Part shown: piece by piece, positions 26,588 through 39,296 of the stretch | Position numbering within the stretch: position 1 is the stretch's first letter | How the letters are laid out: every line of letters begins with the position of its first letter | Assembly (NCBI GenBank): GCA_964234715.1 | Contig: OZ174275.1 | Strand: one strand, 5' to 3' | Length of the DNA: 64,000 nt | Source: Podarcis melisellensis | Lineage: Eukaryota | Notes under the pieces: model-generated | What the model saw: only the letters and a program-made list of their open reading frames with translations | Told to the model about the DNA's origin: nothing | The model's database searches: none | Program-made: the position numbers and the translations under genes

Positions 26588-26642
26588 AGAACTAACTTAG
26601 TTGGTCTTTAAGGTGCTACTGGAAGGAATTTTTTTTGTTTTC
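26546..26642 (+). mobile_element. Short Penelope-like element unit with hammerhead ribozyme
   Basis: 12-bp TSD AGGCAAAAATAA; reverse complement of part of the 16711 copy. Confidence 0.85.
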
Positions 26643-28385
26643 AGGCAAAAATAAGTTTACTGTATGTGGATTTCTTTACTTGGGTCATATTCATTGTGAA
26701 GATAGTGGCTTTGATCATTGGACAAGCATCAGCTATTTTTGCCTGGCTGGTTCTAACACTTCTCAAGGAAACCAGTTTCTGCGTTGTGTAAACTGTGTCA
26801 TTAATGAGTGTGGGACTGGCTGATTTGGGTTGTTCTAGTTATTCATAAGTTACCATGATAGTGACCATAGGGAACAGTAAAAGATAGCTTTCTATTTTTT
26901 CCCTGGTTTGTCAGGATGAAACTCAAGTTAAGTTGTCGTAGGTTGCTATAGCTTTTCTCGTAAACATATAAATACCCCTTAAGTCATTGCTGACAGCTGG
27001 AAATGGCAAACAGATTTTGCCATGTAAACAAACAGCTGTCATTGCTACCTTACAGAAAGTAGTATCCTTGGAAAGCCTAGGGACAAAAAAAGTAAAACAA
27101 AAGTGCTGAAATGTATACTTACCCTTTTCCCATGGAAAATGAGAAATTTGTAATGACCAGAGAAAATACAAATATGGGCTTCTAACTAAGGGCAGAGTCA
27201 TTGGAATATAAATAACAGTTCCTCTGAATTTAGCAACTCTGTAGACGACCTTCTGAATCGACAAAACCCTCATTTCAACACCACGACAAAGAACAATGAA
27301 CATTTATGCTGTACTTTTAGAGCAACAGTGGGGAACCACTAGCTTATGGGCCTGTTCTGCCTACCTAGCCTCTCTGTTTGGCCCACCAGACCTGTCTCAG
27401 CAAGCCACACCCACTTGTCACTCATGACATCACACTCTGCTTACCATGGCTAATTTGGTGAATGACAATTGCCATAGTTAGACATGTGAAAGCCTTGGGG
27501 AAAAGAAAAACAATTTCTCCTCCATTTTTCAACTACTCCATTTCCCCTAATTTTTATTATTTCTTCTTAAAAATGAGGGGGAGGAACACAATAACCAGTA
27601 AAAAACGGTCTTCCTGCATTTTTTCTGGTCTACCCCCAGGCTTTCATATCTCAAGCCACAGCTAATTTCCATGTTGCCAAACTGGCTGCAAATAATTTCT
27701 GATCCTACCAGCCCAGTTTCAGAGATGCAGTCTGAAGTTAGACCTCTCCGAACCATTCTGGTGCATTTTCGATCTCTGGAAGTCGACAAGCATTTGGCAG
27801 CAATAGGGTGGCTCACAGTCATTCAGAAAGCTTCAGAAGAAACCTGGAGGAATGGGAAGATCTTGAATCGCTTGTTGCTGGCACCACCCCTCTTCCCTGT
27901 CAGGAGCCAATGGCAACATGGATCACACCAATGAAGGCATCCTGTCTTTACTTATTTCATCATTACTGGATAAGTATCAAAAATATCTATTTCTGTCCAG
28001 TAACTAATATCATTGTAAGGTAAGCAAAGAGGGTTGGTTCCAGCCCGGAGGAACTTAACATTTCAAAAGGCAAGTTAATGAAGGAGGCAATAGAGGAATG
28101 AAAGAGACAGGTAAGGGTAAGAAGGAATGAACCATGATGATCAAGAACAATTAGAGAGAACTGTTGAATTGTGATCTATCTTCCACTCAGTTGTTGTGAG
28201 TTTCAATAGTATAAATGTGTTTGCTTCTAATGAAACACTTACATATAATAATAATACTTTATGAAACAATTATATACACTGAAATAATAGTCGTGAGGTG
28301 TGGGAGGAGCAGACCCCCAAAGTTCTCCTATCCTTGCTGTCAATCAACTGAGGCAAATTAATTCACTGTCAACATTCATCTGTGG

Positions 28386-28641
28386 CAGAGTTCAGCAAAC
28401 TTTTTCAGCTGTGGGTCGGTCCATCGTCCCTCAGCCCATGTGGTAGACCGGACTATATATTTTTTTGGGGGGGGGGAATGAAAAAATTCCTATGCCCCAC
28501 AAATAACCCAGAGATGCATTTTAAATAAAAGGACGCATTCTACTCATGTAAAAACAAACTGATTCCCGGAATATCCGTGGGCCGGATTTAGAAGGCAATT
28601 GGGCTGCATCCGGGCTCTGGGCCTTAGTTTGCCTACCCCTG
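28386..28641 (-). mobile_element. hAT (Charlie-like) MITE
   Basis: Reverse complement of the 47629 element; perfect 8-bp TSD ATCTGTGG. Confidence 0.9.
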
Positions 28642-31600
28642 ATCTGTGGGGTCAAAAAGGTATTTCTAGCGGCAAGATTCAAGGCAAACCTTTTGTCAGC
28701 CCTTCTTTATCACAGCACAAATAACTCAAATGGCTTATCTAAAGTTCTCTTAATGGAATTATCAGGACTGATCTGAGTGTGCTTTAGACAAGTCAATAAA
28801 AACATATGGCAGTCACACAAGGTGGTGTCTCAACTTCTTCTTGAAAATTTAGTCTGTGTAATAGTTTATGATTTATTTGCAGCAGCCTTGCATTGGAGCT
28901 AATGAAACAGAAAACCATTTGGAGGTAAATTGTGACATAGAAAAATGTAGCACCTACTTTTCTGCTTCATATATTGCTAAAATACATCTTCACTTTTAGT
29001 AAAGTGATACAGAATGGTAATCAATTCAAAAATTCCTCACGGACATTGAAGATGTTACTTAGCTAGATTTGCTTCTTTAAAAATGTCTGGCACCAGTGGG
29101 GGAACAGATGTTCTAATGTAGACAAAAGGTTTGAGGATATATTCACATTAGAAATGGATGCCAAATTCCACAGGCTTTCTAATACACTTCTAAAAGGCAT
29201 GTAGATGGTACTACAAGGGCCCACACAGGTGTCAGTACTAGAGTATGTCCAAGATGCAGGAGGGACATCAAAGAGGCTCCATGCACTCTTTGGATTCAGC
29301 TACAGAGATCCAAGTCCAGAGCACATAATAGCTTCTTAGAGCTCTGCATTCTCTCTGAGTTCTGAGCAATTATGCTTGGCTCCTCTGACCCCCACACCTT
29401 TGGCCACAATTCATTCACATTTGAAGTATGTATGCAAAACCCCTTGCAAATGGATTTGAAAGGTGGTGTTTCTCAGCTCTAATCAGCTGATGGGCCCTTA
29501 AGGATGTCACTTTGAAGTGCATTTTCATGTGGTTTGTATTGAAACTGCCCACAAACAGACTTCAAAGGTGAGTCCCTTTCAAGTTGTCACCTGACGTCAT
29601 AATGACAACTGGTGATTGTCAGGGAAGTGCTCCTGCCCAATGTCAAAGTTGGTGGGGGAAGGAAGGATCTGGCCCACCGGCCGGATCCAGTTCCCCATCC
29701 CTGGCCTACTTTTTCATCTTTCAGCTAGCCTGCAATGGCTGGTATAAGTGAGCCAATGTTATTGCTGTGCCAAAAAATTCTCCTATGGTTTTTTAGCCAT
29801 TCTCCACCAGCTAATGAGAAAAGAAAGTGCATTTGGAAATGATCAAAGGAGTGAGAAAATGTCATGGGTAGGTTGCAGAACTTTTGCCACCTTATTTTGG
29901 AGGTGGCTGAGGGGTATTTGTGAGTGTCCTTTTTTTCCATTCTACACATCGTCTCACCAATGGTTGCCGCTCTGCAGTCTTCCTGGGTCCCCGTACTTCA
30001 TTTAAAGGATCGGAGAAGACATCATAAGGTAATGTCTCCCACAGGAGTGCTTCTCAGATGAGGAACCATGGGCTGCAGAGTAATTATAAATAAGTTCTCA
30101 AGTGCCCCAAGAACGAGGAAGAAAGCTGGAAACCTCTTTTGCAGAGGAAGGAAGCCATCAAGAAATTGAAGAGCAGATTTTGGCACAGCACTACCCAATA
30201 CTGAGTATGCTAGAAGTTTGCTGCTGTCACGTAAAAAGGGTGAGGCAGAGATGGAATGTTATTGCAGGGGTGTGCTTCAGAGCCACAGTGTCTCTCAAGG
30301 CACTGTACTGTTTATTTATTGTATATTGTATTTATTGTATAGTTTATTTATTGTGCAATCCAGTACTCCTAGGTAGGTAAGCAGGTATAGGATTGTAGCT
30401 TGATTTGTCTCCTTTTCTTGTCCTGGGTTGGGTGCATAACCTCAAAGGTGTTTCTCTTCAGTAATTATTGTCCAGAGAACATCGAACAAAATATGGAAAT
30501 TAACATGGGCAACCAAGAATACGTTCTCATTTTATTCTTGCTAGCGAATCCTAAGATCTTAAAAATGCTGCAGAACAGTAATGCTGGCAACAGAGAAAAT
30601 GGAGGTTGTTCAGCCTGACTCCTGATATGAGAGACTTGTTTTGATAAACCTCAGCATTATCTTATCAGATCATTTAAATGCCATAGTTTACCTTTATAAT
30701 TGTTGACATAAAATATGTGGCTAGAAAGAGAATGCATTATAGTTCTTCAAGTGAGATGTTCCTCTCTTTAAAAGGTGAAGATGTAAAGCACAGACATTCA
30801 TGAATTCTGAAGCAATTACTACAAGGGCTTGTGAGCTTGTTGCCTTGCTAATGTCATCTAAGTAATATAATGACAGGCTCATTAAACAGCCTTCACTGAG
30901 AAAACAATGCCTTGAATAATGTTATTTTTCTTTCACTTTCCATGCCTCATATTTGCTCTTGCAATACTTACAAGCACATGCAAGGATCCAGCACAGATGA
31001 CAATCTTTCTCTCATGCAAGCTTTTTATACACTTCACCCACACACTAGCTTGAAGCACGCTTTTAATGTATAAGCAGTCATATTTCTAGAACAGTTGTAA
31101 TGACATACAGTACATCATGTGGACCAACATATGGAAACACCACAGTATTCATTAATCTGAAGGTGTTTCCTTTGCTTTGATATTTTAAGGGTCTGGGATG
31201 TAGTTTAGCTTGGGAAGCAACTTACTTCGACATTTCTGTATTGAAAGTTGAATTCATAAAATATTGAAAGAGCAAAATGAAGATAAAGAATAAATTAAAA
31301 TGGGGTGATGGGAATGAAAGGAAAACTTCTAGTGTATCTCACTATTATTATTAGGACTCACGACTGATGAAAGATTTTTAGTTGACTAACCATATGGCTT
31401 TTAAGTGATTAATTAAGTACTTAATTACACCAACTAGTGGCCCATGAAGCAATTTTATCTTGCTCCTGGCAGCCCTAACAAATTTTAATCAAAGTATGGT
31501 TGGGGAAAAAATACTCCAGTTTCATTCATAAGAAAACTGATCTCAGAATTTTTGGGAGAGGCATATATAAACATGGTCTGGCTGATGCTTAAAAAATAGT

Positions 31601-32499
31601 TTTGGGTGGTGGTGGAATCAGTTGGTGTTTGTGTGCATGGCAACATATATTTCCAGTCCACAGACCGCTGTCTTGAGTGAGGGGACCTGTGTATTCCCAG
31701 TTTAGCTCAAGCAGATCCTGAACTTTATGTGTGACAGCCTCCAGCTGTTGTTGGACTAATTATACCTGATCTTCGGGAGTTGTAGTCCAAAATATCTGGA
31801 GGGCTCTTGCAACATACAGTACATCTTTTCTGTTTTGGGGGGACTGTGGTCTGGTTCTACAGGCTGATCCATTTGGGGCTATTATTAGACAGTTCTGAGT
31901 TTGTGTGGTGAGTTCCAACTCTCTTCCAGCTTTGGACCACTCCAATTTTATGAAGGCCAATCAGCGAATTAATTTCTAAAAGGAGAGAAACAGGGACTGA
32001 AGCCTGCTCTTGCAAAAAAATCTGCTTGATCTGGAGCCACATCTACTAATTTCAGATACATGAAGCAGGGCTGTGTTTTCTCACTGGTAGAGGAAAGGCA
32101 ATATGTATTTGCTCAGATGTGCTATCTTCTATGACTTTACATTTTCCAGAGTTCAGCCATGACATTGAGCAAACCTCCTGGGACAAATTAGCTTTGGTTC
32201 TGATTTTTTTCAATTGCAGTAAATTGAAAAGAATCAATAACTTTGAGCTACATGAAGGTGTTTATAAGCAAAGATAGGTTTGCAAGAAGCTTGATTCTCA
32301 GAGTGTTGAGCACCTCCTTGTTGCCTTGAAACTCAAGACCTTTAAAAATTAGGTCATTTCTTTAGGTAGCTGATTATGGATAGAGGTGTATAACTTCAGG
32401 CTGTCACATTGAATAGGCTGGCCTAAATTTTGAAGGACAGATTGCTAGAAATCTGAAAATATACCACATTCTCTTTTCTCCCTCCCTCCTTAGTCTTAT

Positions 32500-32590
32500 A
32501 TAATAATAATTTATAATAATAATAATTTATTATTTGTACCCCGCCCATCTGGCTGGGTTTCCCCAGCCACTCTGGGCGGCTTCCAACAGA
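32500..32590 (-). mobile_element. L2 extreme 3' end
   Basis: TACCCCGCCCATCTGGCTGGGTTTCCCCAGCCACTCTGGGCGGCTTCCAACA matches the L2 end at 5728. Confidence 0.8.
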
Positions 32591-33016
32591 AATGAAATGA
32601 ATGAATACACTTCCCCTTCATATGTTGTTTTAGAAACCTATAGTCCTACCAATGTAGGAAAGCTGAATGAAAGCCACTGAAGACATCAATTTGGCATATT
32701 TATACTTTTGTATTTTTTACTTTGTAGTTATGCTAGTTGGATGGTAAGCTGCTAGAAAGCAAATGTCGCCCATGGTTCACCTTTCCTAAGTGAACCATTA
32801 TGGCCAATGCAGTGCAGATTTGCACCTTCTGGGGACTTAATTATCCTCCAAGGCCTTTAAAAAAAGTTTATATATCGCGATGAGATCTTTATCATATTAT
32901 CTGTTTGACAGATAGTTGAGATCGATCCTAGCATGATTGTAGACTGAGATTAAACAGGCTGAGGTATAATCAGTTTTTAAGAAGATTGTTCACATATTTA
33001 TTGTATGCAGTATTAG

Positions 33017-33183
33017 CAGTGGCGTAGCGTGGGTTGTCAGCACCCGGGGCAAGGCAAGTAATTTGCACCCCCTAACCCATGGATTTGCGCCCCCTAACCC
33101 GTGGATTTGCGCCCCCTAACCCTAACCCCCAGATGTTGCACCCGGTGCAGCCGGCCCCCCCGCACCCCCACGCTATGCCACTG
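33017..33183. mobile_element. hAT-type MITE with internal CCCTAA-containing repeats
   Basis: TIRs CAGTGGCGTAGCGTGGG / CCCACGCTATGCCACTG; perfect TSD AGTATTAG. Confidence 0.9.
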
Positions 33184-34080
33184 AGTATTAGTTTAACTTA
33201 TTGGAGCAGAGATTTGATCTTACTTTGGGTGGGAAATATTTGGTGTAGGAGACCTGATAAAATAAAGTCTCAGTCCAACAGCAACAATCACAGATATACA
33301 TGTTAGAGTTAGTTGGTTGTCAGTACTGTCTCATGAAACATCTACAGAACCTACAAACCTGTGGATCAATTTTAGGAGAGATTAAAAAACTATCACCCAG
33401 CAGGTGATAGTTACACAGTCCACACACCTTCTGGCATATCACCATGAGCATGTAATCGCCATATATACTAGTGCAGTGATTTCCAAAGTAGGTGGTGAAG
33501 GGTTCTTATAGCATCAAGATAAACTCTGAAAACTTGGTGCACATAACACTAATAATCAGGAATATGATCATTAAAGAGCATTTGGCATGTCTGAGGCATG
33601 CAGGCAGATTCCCAATGTTCATTGTCCCAGTTAGTCAAACTGATACTTGAGAATGTTATCAAAAAACAAGCTTCCTTCTTTCTTGAAATTGTCAGATGTG
33701 AGGAATTGCAAAGACAAGTGAGTCTGCTGTTGCTGGAGGTAAAAATTCACAGTGGCAGCTTGAAATCTGAAGGATAAGGGTAGACCATGAAGATGGTTTC
33801 AGTGGGCATGATACTGTTCTGGCAGAATGAGTATTAACATGGAAATTGACGAGTAAATTCAGGGCTGGGTGAATTCTGTAATTCCTTGCAAGTGAATAAA
33901 AAGAAGCACAGAATGTGATCTTGGATGCAGGCTTTAGCTTTCTGAAGACCACAGTTTTCATGGTAAAACGCATGTGTGTAACCCTTGTGAGTACAAGTAT
34001 GTGTTTGAAATGCAACCTAGTTACATCTGAGAATCTGTACCTTCTAAATGCATAATTTTAAAAGACAAACCACCAAATTA

Positions 34081-34447
34081 AAGGTAAAAGTAAAGGTACC
34101 CCTGACAGTTAGGTCCAGTCGCGGACAACTCTGGTGTTGTGCGCTCATCTCGCTCTATAGGTCGAGGGAGCTGCTGTTTGTCCGCAGACAGCTTCTGGGT
34201 CATGTGGCCAGCATGACTAAGCGCTTCTGGCGAATCAGAGCAGCGCACGGAAACACCATTTACCTTCCTGCTGGAGCGGTACCTATTTATCTACTTGCAC
34301 TTTGATGTGCTTTCAAACTGCTAGGTGGACAGGAGCTGGGACTGAACAACGGGAGCTCACCTCGTTGCGGGGATTCAAACTGCTGACCTTCTGATCGGCA
34401 AGCCCTAGGTTCTGTGGTTTAGACCACAGCGCCACACGTGGTCCTTT
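34081..34447 (-). mobile_element. Sauria SINE, full length
   Basis: (AAAGGT)n tail on + strand; TSD AACCA(C/G)CAAATTA. Confidence 0.93.
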
Positions 34448-34506
34448 AACCAGCAAATTAGATACCATTAATTCCAGCTCAGTGTTCAGGCATTCTTCAA
34501 TCCACC

Positions 34507-34507
<1 letters not shown>

Positions 34508-34565
<58 letters not shown>

Positions 34566-34860
34566 TCTTTATTGTCATTGCCCCCTCTCGGGGACAACGA
34601 AATTACTTGGCTGCTCCATCCACCCAGGTAGGGCACTCCACACAAAATCAAAACAACTATAAAAACACTAATTAAAACAATACAGTATAATACAGCAAGG
34701 AAGATTAGATGACTTTCAAAGTCCAGGCTTCCCATTCAGGGCCGAGATCGCTCTGGAGAAGAAGCTGTTATTAAGACGACTCGTTCTTGTCTTCATCGTC
34801 CTGTATCCCCGTCCCGACGGCAGGAGCTCGAAGAGACAGTGACCAGGATGCGATGGATCA
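34508..34860 (-). mobile_element. Rex1/Babar LINE 3' fragment with (ATT)n tail
   Basis: DPSHPGHCLFELLPSGRGYRTMKTRTSRLNNSFFSRAISALN is the Rex1 C-terminal signature; followed by AATAAAG and a microsatellite. Confidence 0.85.
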
Positions 34861-35477
34861 GTACCATATCTGACCAGGTGTTTTGCAATCCCATACATGA
34901 TGTTTGAAAGACTACTTTGGATGACCATTTGGTTGATGCTTCTGTTGGATATCATCTATGAGACCACAACACACAGTGCAAGCATTCATTGCAGATGTTT
35001 GTGTCTGCTTTTCACAACACTTCATATAGGGCAGCTCCCCATGTGACACTTTCCCCAAGCTTGTACACTGGTAGAAAAGCTTCTGTACGTATGCTGGTGT
35101 ACACTGCCATGTGTGAAGACCACAGAATGGTCTGTTTCATAATTTGTGGGAACCCACTGCCAATTACAGCCTCCCAATTAGTGTACACTTGGTAAAACAG
35201 ACACTTGCCTGAGCATCACATGTGATGGTGCGTGCCTTGTCAAATGTGTCAAGCAGCCTTTAGCTCAAATGCACCCATGCACATCTTGTTCTGGGCTCGG
35301 GAGCAGGCGGACAAAAATAAAAGGGAGCATCATGATACGATTTCAGCAGCACAAGGAATGAATGAAAACTAGCAGAGAAGGGGAAATCAGTAAACATACT
35401 TTCCACTAGCGTAATTGAGGAATCTGGCAGTTCTGTGAATTTTATTTGTTTATGCATAGTGTAAGACAGACACGCCA

Positions 35478-35840
35478 GGGACACAGGTGGCGCTGTGGGT
35501 TAAAGCCTCAGCGCCTAGGACTTGCTGATCGAAAGGTCGGCGGTTCGAATCCCTGCGGCGGGGTGCGCTCCCGCTGCTCGGTCCCAGCGCCTGCCAACCT
35601 AGCAGTTCGAAAGCACCTCCGGGTGCAAGTAGATAAATAGGGACCGCTTACCACCGGGAAGGTAAACGGCGTTTCCGTGTGCAGCTCTGGCTCACCAGAG
35701 CAGCGATGTCACACTGGCCATGTGACCCGGAAGTGTCTCTGGACAGCGCTGGCCCCTGGCCTCTTGAGTGAGATGGGCGCACAACCCCAGAGTCTGTCAA
35801 GACTGGCCCGTACGGGCAGGGGTACCTTTACCTTTACCTT
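35478..35840 (+). mobile_element. Sauria SINE, young subfamily
   Basis: Full length, CpG-rich, TSD TAAGACAGACAC. Confidence 0.95.
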
Positions 35841-36417
35841 TAAGACAGACACACTTCTTTCTGGTCCAATCAACACACATGGGGGGGGGGGTGGACAATA
35901 GAGGATTTTGTGCAGGAGCAACCAGCAGCCGCTCCACTAAACAGGATGCTGTCTTGTCACCCTCAACATGTAGCATGGGAGTGCAGCTCTGGCCAGGAAA
36001 TAAAACTTGAACCGGGAGATCCACTCTGTTTCCTTGTGGAGGAAAATCTGGAGAGCTGATTGGTTGTTGCTAGACCCGATTGCAAATAGGCTAGAGAGAG
36101 TCAATTGCTGTGCAGAGTGCTTGGAGCAGAGATTTGCTAGCCTCTCCTGTAAAGAGCCTATGCTGGAATTCCAGTTAGCTAAAGTCACTAACAAATAGGC
36201 TCAGACTTCCAGGCTGAAATCACTACTAGGATAGTTTTGTAAAGTACCTGAGATGTTACTTGCATTTCCTATTGGCTGATACTATGGAGACCAAAAAGGA
36301 AATACAGGAGTCTCATTCCTGCCTCCTGCTATGCAGAAGACAGATTTGCTGCTGCCACCACTTGGCTGATGTATTTGCAACTCACCCAAATTTACTGGTA
36401 CCACCTGTGAGACAGTT

Positions 36418-36492
36418 CACAGAATCATAGAATTGTAGAGCTGGAAGGGACCCTGAGGGTCATCTAATCCAACTCCCTGCACTGCAGGAATT
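36418..36492 (-). mobile_element. CR1 extreme 3' end
   Basis: Minus strand GTTGGATTAGATGACCCTCAGGGTCCCTTCCAGCTCTACAATTCTATGATTCTGTG, a CR1 stem-loop plus ATTCTRTG octamer tail. Confidence 0.85.
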
Positions 36493-36592
36493 GCTCTCCA
36501 ACTTTTGCAACTTTTACACGGAACATGCCAGGGACCCCACCTCACTGACTGCACCTTTGAATTAACTGAGAGTAAGAACAAAGTAAAGGTAA

Positions 36593-36955
36593 GGGACACA
36601 GGTGGCGCTGTGGGTTAAAGCCTCAGCACCTAGGACTTGCTGATCGAAAGGTCGGCGGTTCGAAGCCCTGCTGCGGGGTGCGCTCTCGCTGCTCGGTCCC
36701 AGCGTCTGCCAACCTAGCAGTTCGAAAGCACCTCCGGGTGCAAGTAGATAAATAGGGACCGCTTACCAGCGGGAAGGTAAACGGCGTTTCCGTGTGCAGC
36801 TCTGGCTCGCCAGAGCAGCGATGTCACGCTGGCCACGTGACCCGGAAGTGTCTCCGGACAGCGCTGGCCCCTGGCCTCTTGAGTGAGATGGGCGCACAAC
36901 CCCAGAGTCTGTCAAGACTGGCCCGTACGGGCAGGGGTACCTTTACCTTTACCTT
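36593..36955 (+). mobile_element. Sauria SINE, young subfamily
   Basis: About 10 substitutions versus the 35478 copy; TSD TAAGAACAAAG. Confidence 0.95.
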
Positions 36956-39045
36956 TAAGAACAAAGGACATAGTCTTTCATTGATACTTCTTGACTATGG
37001 GAAGCCAGGAGCAGTTTTGGATGTGGGAATAAATTGTGATTGCATCCTTGTTACAGTTCTCTTGTTGGCGGTGCTACTGTTTGATAACTTTAATGAGTGC
37101 TGTTTTTTTTAACCATATCTCAGATGTGAAAGGGGGACAGGTCAACACTGCTACTCAGACATCAAAATTGGTTGTACTGTACCTGGTTTTCTGGGGGTGG
37201 GGAATTGAACTAGAACCATATACAAAAGGAAAATAATCCATGGATGCTGACCTAGAACCCTGGATGTTGACTCAAGGGTAAAATAATCAAATGGTAAAAT
37301 ACAATAAAACATCACTAAAACAATGCTGGAACCTTAGGGTGAAGGGCAGATAATAAATAATCAAAATCACCATAAAATTAACGTTAAACAGAATATAAAA
37401 GCAAGGCAGGTAAAACACGTTATATATATACACACACACACATTAAATAAGTTGCACCACATTTATAAAACCCATACTACATGAGCATATGGTCTAAGGA
37501 CTTTTCTAGATAAAAACCTGCTGGAGGAATGTCATCACAGATGGGTCTCCCTTGGTAAGGAGTTCAAAAGCCACCAAGAAGGCCCTCTCTTGCCTTGAGT
37601 TCCCACCAAACATACAGAAAGGTCTTAAAACCTGAGCATGCTTGTATGGGAGAATGTGTTCTTTTAGGACATATGTTTTCTATACATCAAGAACACTCAT
37701 AATATATCCCCTCCCTAGTGAATTTTATATGTGCTCTCATTAACCTGTTATGTAAGTTAGCTAATACCATCTGACTAAGTCGTATGATTTTATTTTGTTT
37801 GCTTTTAAAAAAGGGGGGGGGGGGGAGCTGGAAGGAAACCACCCTTTTAAAAAAGAATCTGCCAGTCTAGATGCGAAAGTATTTATTGGGTGTGGGAAAT
37901 GCCACTAAACAACAAACTAGGGGAAATTGCTCAGGGATTATTTTGATGTCTCACCTGCTTGCCTAAGCAGTTTCTCACCTACTAATATTGCTTTGCTTCA
38001 TTCAGCCATATCTCTAATGATATAGCAGCAATGTTTATTCAAGTGGCAACTTTTTTTCTGATGTTGTGTGGGTGTTAAAAAGTTTCCACCTTTTTAGAAA
38101 ATCCCCTCTCCTTCCTCACCCCAGCTATAATTTGTATTATAGTAATTATAGTGTCTGAGTTTGTGTGTGTGTATGTGTTTGGAGGGGATATTTGGGTATG
38201 TTTCAGGAGACAGGGAATCTCAATTGCACCTTAACACTCACGTGGAATGAAAGAAACTAAATTCAATCCAAAAGGGGGGGATGCTTTGTATTGAAGTGCT
38301 CCTCCTGCCCCCAAAGAAGCAACAGAGTGAAAACTGTGTCATGTGAGCAAGGAAGGGGAAGAATGCATTGAAATTGTCTGCCACGGACTATTTTGAAGGA
38401 GGGCAAATGATTAGCTATTTTGTAGGGTTTCTTCCCATACACATACGCTTTTGATGTGAACACTTTTGACTTGGAAGTGAAGCTGTTTATGCCAATTGTC
38501 ACCATGCCCCCTGGATGCCATCCTGTTCCATTTAGTAATACAAAGAAATTTGTTGTTTGGTTTTAACTGTTGTTTTTATTCCATGGCTTCCTAGCTGTTT
38601 TATTTTCATGTGTGCTCTTTTGTTTGACATATTGGTTGTTAAGTTTATAATGTGGTTCTTTCCCCCTAAGCCACTTAGAGGTGTTTGTAGAAAGATGTCA
38701 TACATAGGCAGAAACCCCTATCCACCCAGAAAGCTTCCACACATAATTCATATTTGGAAATCTCTTTCTAAAGTAATCTATAGATATAGGCTGACATCTT
38801 ACACTGTCAGATGGACCATGGAATTCTGTCCATTCAAAAAGCTGTAATTTTGACCCAAACATTGAAGTGGAACTGTGGTAGAACATTGGGAGCAGCACTA
38901 AGTAAAGAATATTCTGTTAACTGTTGGACTTGCATGGAATACCTTTTAAAACAAACAAGAATAAAGGCACTCAGGTGGATGTGTGCTTAGCTGAAACCTG
39001 GGTACACCCCATTGCAATTATGAACCACATCAGTATATACCTATA

Positions 39046-39296
39046 CAGTCATACCTTGGTTTTTGAACACCTTGTGAGTCGAACGTTTTGGCTCCCGAAT
39101 GCTGCAAACCCATAAGTGAATGTTCTGGTTTGTGAACTTTTTTTGGAAGCCGAACGTCTGACGCGGCTTCAATGGCTTCCAATTGAGTGCAGGAAGTTCC
39201 TGTAGCCAATTGGAAGTAGCACCTTGGTCTTTGAACATTTTCGGAAGTTGAACGGACTTCCGGAATGGATTCTGTTCGAGAACCAAGGTACGGCTG
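39046..39296. mobile_element. Tc1/mariner (Tigger-like) MITE
   Basis: TIRs CAGTCATACCTTGGTT / AACCAAGGTACGGCTG with TA flanks; interior related to the 15998 element. Confidence 0.87.

Noticed and set aside
29592-29599. CRE palindrome TGACGTCA
   Set aside because: Single 8-mer inside what looks like a MITE remnant; no promoter context
34313-34735. 140-aa ORF with poly-I
   Set aside because: Spans the Rex1 3' UTR, a microsatellite and a SINE
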